Shown piece after piece: positions 27,601 through 39,600 of a stretch of 64,000 bases of DNA. The stretch's first letter is position 1, and each line of letters starts with the position of its first letter. Below the pieces are notes generated by a model, which was not told the origin of the DNA, ran no database searches, and saw only the letters and a program-made list of their open reading frames with translations. Made by a program: the position numbers and the translations under genes. This DNA comes from Phoronis australis (lineage: Eukaryota > Animalia > Phoronida), in contig NMRA01000828.1 in the NCBI GenBank assembly GCA_002633005.1, forward strand, positions 1 to 64,000, in the 5' to 3' direction.

Positions 27601-30600
27601 GTTTTGTTAAACACTACGTTCCATTTGTTTTTAATGGCCTTAATGGATGCTAGGTCTAATTGGCAGCAGGCAGAAGGTTGTGCTTGTCAAAACTTCTCTC
27701 AAGTAAAATTTGATGTCGAGATACGCACAGATTACAGACTAATAACATTCCAACAAACAAGACTTCCATAACTTTGTCTGTACGTCTGGTAAAACATTGT
27801 ATGCTACTGTTTTAGATGCAGTAAAAATTATAGTCTCTATTCATGACAGTTTGGTGTTAGCTTTTAAAAGACAATCTATGTTCTTTTGTATTCCATCTCC
27901 CAAAGGTGTGATTTTTCCATCAAACTAGTGTATTTACCTGTTCCAGGTGGGTGTTCGTCCGACACCATCTCCCCGACCCCTGCAGAATGCTCAGCCGACG
28001 CATTCCAGGTAAATATAATTATATAATACTTGACATTGGTTAATTTGCCTCGAAGTTGCTGCCATTGGATAAAATGTAATGAAACTCAGCAAGATAGATA
28101 AGTGTATGTTTTGATGTTTACAAAATTATATGCCTGGAAATAAATAGTAGTCACATGTTGAAAGATTATAATAAATAGTAGTTACAAAATAGTAGTCACA
28201 TGTTTAAATATTATTATAAATAGTAGTCACATGTTGAAAGATTATTATAAATAGTAGTCACATGTTGAAAGATTATAATAAATAGTAGTCACATGTTGAA
28301 AGATTATAATAAATAGTAGTTACAAAATAGTAGTCACATGTTTAAATATTATTATAAATAGTAGTCACATGTTGAAAGATTATTATAAATAGTAGTCACA
28401 TGTTGAAAGATTATTATAAGTGGTAGTCAAATGTTGAAAGATTATTTTAAATAGTAGTCACATGTTGAAAGATTAGTATAAGTAGTAGTCACATGTTGAA
28501 AGATTATTGTAAATAGTAGTCACATGTTGAAAGATTATTATAAATAGTAGTCACATGTTGAAAGATTATTATAAATAGTAGTCACATGTTGAAAGATTAT
28601 TTTCACTGTTGCTCATCTGGTATTCATTTGGTGTTTCTTCAGTTACCAAGACAACATGATGAGTGAGAGAAAAGAACTCCAGTATAACTCTATGGAAATG
28701 GGGGCTGCTTCCTCACAGGTTTGTTTCCATGGAGACACATCCAAAGTGACTTTCTGGTTAAAAATACATCAAATTATGACCAGTTGCAGCCTCGTGAAGT
28801 CGAGTCAGTCATTTTACTTGTCGAACATTTTGTTGTGTACATAAAACTACCTCACATGTCGCTGATTATGACTTGCTATTTTGAGAGCACCCTATGCCAG
28901 TTTAACTTGATATAGGTTGCTTCGTAAGGATGGACCCAGTTTAAAATATTGTCATCTCTGCTAGTACAACGTATATTGTTCAGTATTATCAAGGTGGTTT
29001 TAGTATTTCCTTGGTTGCATATAGTGTAGAAAACATGTAGTATTAATTGCAGTAGAGCCTGACATCGTGTTAACGGATTTATTTGCACCTTTCTGAATGT
29101 TTAATTTTGATTCAATTTCAGGTTAAGCATTAATGTTACTTAAAGTAGTCATGGCCGTTCATTTACTTTTGTCAATACTTGGCAAACAAAGTTAACAAAA
29201 ATGAGTGACTCAGTATGTTTGTCTTGGTACTTTGGCATGGCATGAACATCACGGGCAATGTATGAACACGTATTTGTATCCTTCAAATGTAAAAGAAAGA
29301 TCATCCCAAAGAAATGGTCGGTAAACTTCTTTTTTTGTTGCACCCACAAGAAGTCTCAGGGTACTGCAGTATAGACATTTAAAGGACATGGTACTGTAAG
29401 TTTGTCTCTTGGTCACTCCTAACTGTTTGAGATAGTTAGCTGTTTTCTTGACCTATTTCAGAATGGCCATGGTGAGATGCCTTCAGGAGAGGAGGCTCCA
29501 TTCAATGGACCCTCGCTGCTTGATGGCGCTTATGACGAGCAGGAAAGTGCACAGTCATTTCAAGATGCGCTGAAAGCCTGGCGCTCTGGAGAAGGGAGCC
29601 AAGATGATGTCGGCGGAAATGCACTGGCCACACCGCGCAAAAAGAACTCTCCCATGCTGAAAGCCCGTGCAGTAACACCTGTGAAATCTCCTAGTAAGTC
29701 TCACCGTGGAGTCAAATTTTATAAAACCTACTAAGTCGTTCCGTGCAGTAATACCTGGGAAATCTTGTAGTAACTCTCACTGTGGAGTCTGATTTTGTGA
29801 AATCTTATAAATCTCATGCAGTAACACCTGTGAAGTATGCTAGTAAGTCTCCTCATGGAGTCTGATTGTGTGAAATCTAGTGAATTCTTTTCATGTAGTA
29901 ACACCTGTGAAATATCTTAGTTTAAGTTTCCCGGTGGAGTCCAAGTTTGTGAAATCTAGTAAGTCTTTCCGTGCAGTATCACCTGTGAAATTTCCTAGTA
30001 AGTCTCCCTGTTGAGTCAGATTTTGTGAAATATATTTTTTGGACAATAACACATGTGAAATCCAGTAAGTCACCCTGTAGTGTGTCAGGTTTTGTGAAGT
30101 CTAGTAAGCCTTTTCTTGCAGTAACACCTGTGCAGTAACCCTCTTCATACAGTAGCCAATCTGTAAATAAGCTTAAGGAACATTTTTTGGTTTTACGACT
30201 GAAAATGCATTTTGTGATTTTTGTTGTATGGGGTAGACTTGTTGAGGTTAATTATTGTTGTATGGGGGAGACTTGTTGAAGTTATTGTTGTATGAGGGAG
30301 ACTTGTTGAAGTTAATTATTGTTGTATGGGGGAGACTTGTTGAAGTTAATTATTGTTGTATGTAGTAGACTTGTTGAAGTTAATTATTGTTGTATGGGGG
30401 AGACTTGTTGAAGTTATTATTATTGTTGGATGGGATAGACTTGCTGAAGTTATTATAATTATTGTTATTTGGATAGTCTTCTTGAAGTTATTACTGTTGT
30501 ATGGGATATACTTCATCTTGAAGTTATTATTGTTGTATAGGATAGAGCTATAACACAACACAATCTATGTGTTTTTATCACAATTGCCAATTCTTGCCAC

Positions 30601-33600
30601 TTGTTGCCAGACATTGCTGAAATGAAGGATTGTGTCTTTACCAAATACTCTCACTGCTAGTTAGTGGTACAGTGTTTGGCTGCTTCTGCAAAGCTAGTGG
30701 GTTAGATTCCGTGCTACTGCTATTTCCTGCTTTTCACCGATGAAGTCTCTTGAAAAGTGCTTCAACCACTGAACCAGGTTATATCTTTCTTTCTTATTTC
30801 CCGTTACCGAAATTTTACAAAGTCCTGCATCGTAAGAGTTTTCCACAGGTATGCTGTGGGAAAAATATGGATGGTTGAATTCTAAAACTTTCCTCAATTT
30901 CATTGAAATTGGACTCCAAAGCGGTAACAAATATCTCTCCTTTGAAACTAAATTGGCAATTTTATGTTTTATTTCTCCTTGGAAACTAAATTGGCATTTT
31001 TATTTCCAGTTGTCATCATTGAGTCGAGCACCAGCACGAGTAACGACAATATCGCCAAAACACAGGACATTGACATTAAATTCAACAGTGCTGTCTCCTA
31101 CACTGAGAAACTTCTTCTCAAGCAGCATCGCAGACAAGAAGTGGATTCTCTCCAGCTGTCCCCAAGAGCCGAGAGAATGTCTCTGACTCCGCGCTTGAAC
31201 AGTGCGAGGTCGTCGTATCGCGGTGACAGTGTCTCACCCTACTCCCGACGTTTGGGATCCCCGAGAACAAGTAGAAAATATGACGTCTCTGATGAAGGTT
31301 TGTGAGTTAGCTCTTTGAAGTAAGTAATACTCTCTGGTTAGCTATATCATTTTCCATTTAATTGGAGCTTAATAATGTTTTCAATATGTACATATCCCAG
31401 ATCTATGTGTTTATTTCAACTAATTTCTGATTAATGTTTGATTGATTCTGGAAAATTTTAAACTCACATTAATTTTTTTCTCTGATTCCAGACCGTGTGG
31501 ATTTCCAGTCATTGTTTCAGGCCGTTTCCAGAGAGAACAGGAAACAACAGAGTACTCTTCAGATCCTTGAGCCAGGCCTTAAGATTGAGGATATCAGTCA
31601 GACGTCTGTAAGTGAAAGTAATATTTATTTAGTATGTTGCTACTACAGTTTACTTTAAATTTAATCTTGACTTTTTGAAGTAAATTACTAGACTTCATAA
31701 TTGAGTGCACAGTTTTCAAAAAATTCAGTGTAAGTCGAATCACCTAACTTTTTTATTGCCTGAATGTCATGGATTTGAATTTTTCCAGTTTTCCTGTAAG
31801 ACTATGGTAGTGAGGGTGTTCCTAATAAGTTAACTGCCTAGAAGTTTTCGTTTCAGATTTCTTGTCATGATTTTGCCATTGAGATGACTTCAATATTTAC
31901 AAATTGGCTGTTATTTCTTAATCTTTTAGTAAAACTACCTGGTGATAGTGCACAAACTGGTTTTGATTTGGAAAAAATGGCTCACTTAAAATGGCTAATC
32001 TGTTTCTATAAAAAATTAACTTTTGATTTAGGCCACTCTTTGTTATGAAACTGGTTTCAATTTACCTCCTAAATTTGAAGTGGTTACTGGACTTATGAAG
32101 AACTGACAATGTGGTGTTTCTTAAGACCAGGTATTGGCTTGATACATTGGATCATTTCATGTGCCGAGTATAATGGTCTTCACCAATAATGAAGTGCCAG
32201 TTTCTACTCTGTGCTAGAAACAAGTTGTGATCAAAGTGGCATGTGGGCTAAATTAAAAAAATACACTAGAAGGCAACACCTTTAAATTACCAGTACATAT
32301 TCTAACTTGCTGCAACTCACTCAGCAAGTAAGTCCTCTAAAATATGATCCACTCTGATTGAGCTCAGTGATCCAGATATTGAGTGACCTTATTTAAAAAA
32401 AATTATAATCAGTTTGGGGTCGCTGTTTTCACACCGCAGAGTGTGAGGGTGTTATCACACCACAGAGTGGTAGGATGTTTTCACACCCCAGTGGGTGAGG
32501 GTGTTTTCACACCGCAGAGTGTGAGGGTGTCTTTTATGGATTAGCAATGATGGAAGAAAACATGTTGTCATTGTCTAACATTATTACAGGGCTCACCGGA
32601 CTCAGTGAGTATGCAGTTGCTCAGGAACTATAGTCCTTGTTTGCTGCTTTCTCATGCTTCACCGTCTTGTCTTTTCTTTTAACACGCTACTTAAAGTCTG
32701 CCTTTTGTCAATATGATAATGTCTTACTTAGATTTTTATTATTATCAGTTTCATTGGTCTCATTTTTCCTTGCTCTGAATGGAAGTGATTTCTGGACTCT
32801 GTAGAACTGGCAGCCGCTTCAAACAAGTCAAGATTACTGGCTTAATTGACCTTTCAACACATTGTATGAATTGACCTTTCAACACATTGTGTGAATTGAC
32901 CTTTCAACACATTGTATGAATTGACCTTTCAACACATTGTATGGCCTTAAAGGGACATTATCTGCTTGATGGCCAAAACCACAATTTTTAATTGGTACAA
33001 TTGTTGGATGCTATAATCTTCTTGAAGTTGTTAGCTTTGACCAAAACTATAAAACATCAAAGTGTGTCTTTTGTGATTTTGTTACAAGTAGCCAAGTCTC
33101 GCCTTTGTCTGCCAGACATTTGCTGAAATTTAGGCCAGTGTCTGTATCATATAAACACGCTAAAAAGAGTTTGCAATTCAATGCGTTAAGATTTAGCCCA
33201 GTGAAAGAGCGTTCAGCTGCTACTGCAGAATAGTGAGTGCGATTGCATGCTGATTTCTGTAAACTTACTTTTTGCTGAGAATGTTACTTTAAGCAGTGAT
33301 GACTGTCTGCCAGTTCTTTGTAAGCCCAAAAACTATAATGACTCAATGTGAAAAGGGAACAAGTTGACACTATTTTTTTCCTTGCAAGCAATCTTAGTCA
33401 AAAGTTAGTATATTTTGGCGCAAAGTGGGTTCGTAGCAACTTTTCATTTGATGTTGATTTTGCCAGTAATGACTAATTTTTACTTCGCTGCTTGTGCCTG
33501 ACGTTGGTGAATGCGAATCACAGTTACCCTGAAGTCACTGTTTATCTCTGCTAGTTATTCTGTTGACTATTTGGATTTGATTTGGAAATAATTTCTCGTT

Positions 33601-36600
33601 GATAATTGTCTTCACCCAAAATAAATCATGGTCCTAATAGTATCCTTTGTTTTGCAAATGTCTCTTAACTTTTCCATCTATTTCCTTAATTTTTGTTGGC
33701 TGTTAGTTGAGTATTTTGATATAAAGAATTGTGTGATGAGGTAATATATGGATTGAAGTGGTTAAAAATTGTTTTTAACTTAAGTTTGCCTTAACACGGT
33801 TGACAACAAACTGAATGTTGACCAATATTTACTAACTAAATCATTGATCCAAATACTAACTAAAATTGAACCTGTCAAAATGCACTTTTCCTAGCTTAAT
33901 TTTCAAATTTGTCACTGGTCAGAGTAATCCATTGTCAATGGCATCAGTTCTTTTTTGAACAAGCAATGAAAATTGTGTCTTCAATCTGTGTCAGACTTTG
34001 ACAAGGGTCACATGACATCATCTTTCTAAAGTGTCTCTCATTTCCTGAGGCAGGACAAATTCTTCATAGCTTTCTGACTCAGCTCAAAAGTGTTAATTAA
34101 GTGGCTCCACCTTTTGGTAACTAGGTCAACCGTACAATGCATTTACCTCTGCCAATGAGGGAACTGAGATGAATTCAGCGTATGTTGGAATTACTCAGTG
34201 CTCCTTTAATTTCTGCTGGTTTTTTTTTGTTCTGCAAGCATTTAGCAATTCAGACTTCATGTGAATGTTTGATTCTATGCATGGCAAATTCTCATAAATT
34301 TTGTAATTACCAAAATATTTCATTGTTCAAGGCTGTTAAAGATTGTTGTGAATGGCCAAATTATTTTTTAAAGTTTGTCTGATGCTTGCTATGGTACAGG
34401 ACATGAACATGGAAAACTATTTATTTTCATGCTACATATCTTTCGTTGAAAAAAATGAATTATAAAAAATAAATGCCATTTGTCGGCCATATTGTGTCCT
34501 GAATTGGTGAGATTTTACTGATATCAGGAAATGAATGTCTCTTTGTTAGTATCAGTGCCTCATGATATGATATGATATTGGTCACGCTACTGTACTGTGA
34601 TTATTACAGTCGCAACATACTTTCTATGGTCTGGAAGAGGCATCTCACTACCAGGTAGAGGAGACCAATGATGCGTACCAGAGTAATACAAAGTGAGTGG
34701 CGTCCTAAGTCTGCTTTATTACCTGTTTCAAAAGAATGCAATCATGTAAAGCACACAGTACAGACATAATTTTAAGTTAGTGATAAACTCTTGTTTATGA
34801 GTAAATGACTCATTACGACAATGTCTTGTTATAACCCATCATTCTAGCTATTATGCTCTCAGCTTTCATGACGGGGAATTCCATCCGCATTTGGCGGTGC
34901 TACTAAAAAACATTTTTCATATGAACGGGACAGTTGTTGGCTTGTAAACATGTAGTGACATCACGCGTAACTTGGTGATGTGTAAACTTTCAAATAGTAC
35001 TTGTCACTTGCCAGGACTGGAATTGAGAGCACAGGTCGACTGCAACAACTGTTTTGGTGCGAGTACGACAAGGTAACCATCACAGAAAAATTTAAGATCG
35101 AAAACGAGCCTCAAAATGCGTCAGATTTAGCTAATATTTTCAAGACATCTGTTCTCAATGAAATCAAATCTCACCACCAAAAAATTAAAGTGAATGGAAA
35201 TTATGGAGTATTATTCAGGTTACTTGTTCACAAGTTAACTGTGATGTCATGGAATGTATACAAGCCTGCAACTACTTAATGCTTGACAGCTGAGTCATTT
35301 CCTGCATTGTGCATTATTATTGAGCATCCTGCTTTATAGTTTAGTGTTACCTTAAACACGGTTTCACCACATTCCTTCATTTTGTTTTCAGTAGTTTCGT
35401 CTCTGTCAAACCAGCCAATCAGATGAAGGATACAGTAATCATTGAGCCAGTTGACCATCTGTCTTTTCCCACTGAGCCCGCCTACAATGATGATCAGAAC
35501 CGTTGTTCCAGCCGTGCCGTGTCGCAGGTGTACGCCTTCTCGTACGTTGATCCAAAGGCAAGACCTCAATCAACAAGTCAAGAACAGAACCTAAAATCGG
35601 ACAACAATAACAGGAACAATAGTAGTAACCATCGAGTAGCAGCAGAGAGCCGTCCCAAGTCATCAGCAAAAAATCGACCGGAATCCAGGACCAGGCCTCG
35701 GAGTTCTAAGGAAAAACGCCCTAAGAGTCGTGTTTCGTCTCGAGCATCAGTTGTGGGGTAATAATCATTTGGTACAGNATGCCTTGCGCTCTAGAGTTTT
35801 TCAATGGCGGTCGTGAAGAACAGTAAGGCCGTACCTGCTTGAATGAAGTCAATTTTGAGATCCGAAATTTGTATTTAACGCTGCAGGTAAGAGCATAATC
35901 TAAACATTTTCTCGATGATCTAAATAATCTATTTTGGCGCGTAAAAATGGCGGGAAAATTTTGCGACCTGGCATTTACGAATGCGAGCTGGATTTTTAAA
36001 ATGCAACCTGGGATTTTGGCTAGGTCGCAATATGCGACCTGGCGATTTTAATAGCGTCGAGCCCTGATAACCCATCATTCTAGCTATTATGCTCTCAGCT
36101 TTCATGATGGGGAACTCCATCCGCATTTGGCAGTGCTACTAAAAAATATTTTTCATGTGAACGGGCCAGTTGTTGGCTTGTAAACATGTAGTGACATCAC
36201 GCGTAACTTGGTGATGTGTAAACATTCAAATAGTACTTGTCACTTGCCAGGACTAGAATTGAGAGCACAGGGCGACTGCAACAATTGTTTTGGTGCGAGT
36301 ACGACAAGGTAATCATCACAGAAAAATTTAAGATCGAAAACGAGCCTCAAAATGCTTCAAATAAATAATTAGATTTAGCAAATATTTCCAAGAAGGATTT
36401 TCAAGGCATCTGTTCACAATAAAATCAAATCTCACCACCCAAAAATTAAAGTGAATGGAAATTATGGAGTATTATTCAGGTTACTTGTTCACAAGTTAAC
36501 TGTGATGTCATGGAATGTATACAAGCCTGCAACTACTTAATGCTTGACAGCCAAGCCATTTCCTGCATTGTGCATTATTCTTGAGCATCCTACTTCATAG

Positions 36601-39600
36601 TTTAGTATTACGTTAAACACGGTTCCACCACATTCCTTCATTTTGTTTTCAGTAGTTTCGTCTCTGTCAAACCAGCCAATCAGATGAAGGATACAGTAAT
36701 CATTGAGCCAGTTGACCATCTGTCTTTTCCCACTGAGCCCGCCTACAATGATGATCAGAACCGTTGTTCCAGCCGTGCCGTGTCGCAGGTGTACGCCTTC
36801 TCGTACGTTGATCCAAAGGCAAGACCTCAATCAACAAGTCAAGAACAGAACCTAAAATCGGACAACAATAACAGGAACAATAGTAGTAACCATCGAGTAG
36901 CAGCAGAGAGCCGTCCCAAGTCATCAGCAAAAAATCGACCGGAATCCAGGACCAGGCCTCGGAGTTCTAAGGAAAAACGCCCTAAGAGTCGTGTTTCGTC
37001 TCGAGCATCAGTTGTGGGGTAATAATCATTTGGTACAGGGCGCCCATGATAATCTAGATTGGGAGGATTATGCATGTATTGGGGTACTGGAAAAAAAGTT
37101 AATGAAACCAATCTACACTGTTCTTAGACAATATTTTGTAAGTTACCCGAGCCCATCTCATTGAGGTATGTTAGTTGATGTTTCTGTCACTGATTTCTTT
37201 TCTGACCATGGTTTGTTGTGCAAAACTGCACAGCTTACCAATACCACCTCTGGTCGCGCAGTAGACCCTTACTTGCCAATAGCACCTGTGGTCATGCAGT
37301 AGACCCTTACTTGCCAATAGCACCTCTGGTCGCGCAGTAGACGCTTACTTGCCAATACCACCTCTGGTCACGCAGTAGACCCTTACTTGCCAATACCACC
37401 TCTGGTCGCGCAGTAGACCCTTACTTGCCTATACCACCTCTGGTCGTGCAGTAGACCCTTACTTGCCAATACCACCTCTGGTCGCGCAGTAGACCCTTAC
37501 TTGCCAATAGCACCTCTGGTCGCGCAATAAACCTTTACTTGTTCCATCTCTGAAGTATAGTGTAAGCATTACCCTGCCTAACCGATTTTCAGTTCCTAAT
37601 TTTGCAGGCAAGTTTTGCAAGTATACCATGTGATCATCAGTAATATTGTGAGAGTCTGTTGGTGTTAGTTTTTCTATTGTCTGTGACATCGCTATTCGCT
37701 ACTGGTGCCTTGTGTCATGTGGTACATTTTTGCTTCTGCTAAGCTTGTCTTCTGCTCACTAAGCAGAAGCTGAGGTGTGTGTTGGACTAGTGGCACCTCT
37801 TGTGCATTGAGAATTTCATTGTAAAATATCAGTTGCGAATTTGTTGTCAGTGCAAGACAATCAACCCACAGGAGGAATTCAACCATATTTCAATGTCATT
37901 CTTTAAAAAAACTGCACTCTGTAGTCATGCTACTTTGAAAAAATGTGTGGCAATGAAAAAGGTTTAACCATGTGTAATTTTTATTACAGTGGTGGCCTTA
38001 CTAAACATCCTTCAGACACACTCTCAGAGATAGCGAGAATGACACCTGTAGAACTACCAGAACACCATGGACTGTCGGAATTCTTCACAGCAGGCGTTGA
38101 CTCGACACCTCCTGATGAAGAGAAAGTCATTGTTCCGTCAGCCGACAAAGCAAAACCCCTAAACCAACGTCCCGAGTCAGCGAAGAAGATAACAGTTAGC
38201 AATAAGTGTAAGTTACAAACTGAGCGCAAGGTTGCTTTGTACAGTGCCCTTTTCCATTTTTATCCAGCTTTAAAAAACATCTTAAAGCATCTTGTGACTG
38301 ATTATTTTGAGAAGTTTTATCTTCATCAGTCCAAATTTTTAAAATAATAATTTTGTAGATCTGTCCTCATTAGCAACAATGTAATGAAGTCACTGGTCCC
38401 ACAGGATGACTTTTTGTACCTTTTAATATTCACCCATTAGTGAGAGATCCTGCATTTTGGGATGAGCATTAATGACAAGATAAACATTTAGCATTTGATT
38501 TTTATTCTAAATTACCATAAAATATACAACAGTCTGGCTATGCTTTCTTGGAAATGAGATGGTAGAACAAAAATTCGCCGTAATATCCGCCCATGCCCCT
38601 ATAAGCGCCCCCCCACGCGTTTTCAGACTTTGCTGAAATAAGCGCCCAGTCCGTGAACGTGTACATGCGAACAATGACGTACCTACAGTCCTAAAACTCG
38701 GCTACAGTAACGTCTTCAATTTATAAAAAAAATTTTGCACGGGTCTTCTAGACCACCAGCGGCACTGCTACGTTTGTATTTAGCTGTGACTTAACACTTC
38801 AAAGCAACGCAGGGCTTCAAAAAGAATGCAACAGCGTTGCTACGCACTCGCGACGACCGTCTCCCACTATGATCTTACCTTTCAGTAGACACAGCGACTG
38901 TCTCATGAATAAAAATAACTCAGTTTTAAACGCGCGTGGCCAGGAAGCGCGCGCTACATATATGAACCTGTCATCAAAGACATTAGTCGGGAACTATCCA
39001 TTCATGAAACGGGTAGCATATCATCGGTAAGAAATGAATATTGGCACTAATTTCCGACAGTTTCTAATACTATAAAACATGCTTGCATTATTTTTGAGAT
39101 GGATTGTTTGATTAACCATAATTGGTGTTTTTAAGCCAAATATCCGATAAAATGACAACTGACAGTGAATGCTTACACACCCTTACACCAAAAAATAACT
39201 GTCAGATAGTTACTTACGCATCCAACTACACGGCGACTAATATGGGCCTTACCGAGACAAATGTCGAAAGTTTTTAGCACGAAACCGGCAAGTGCTGAAT
39301 GAAACACGCTCTGGTTTATGCCTACTGCTTGTGCAAATTTCTTTAGACACATCTAGCTAGTTAGATTGTGTGGCCCTGGCCAAAAGACGGTCTCTGCTTT
39401 GGCAAATGAACTCTGGTGACACGCACGTGCTCACATACTTGCAGACGAACTTCAAAACAAATGTCACGTGACAACAACATGATTGTGTGTTCGTCCAGAC
39501 ATTTTTCTCGCAGTGTTGCCGATCATACATGTAGATGGCACGATGTTGCACAGATTTGTACTTAAACCTACCGTTTATCCAGACTCCACGGGAACTTAAA

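Noticed and set aside
30346-30561. Hydrophobic repetitive ORFs
   Set aside because: Translations of an intronic minisatellite.
37234-37540. 38-bp repeat array resembling CRISPR in unit size
   Set aside because: Units are head-to-tail with no unique spacers, there are no cas genes, and the array lies in a eukaryotic intron.
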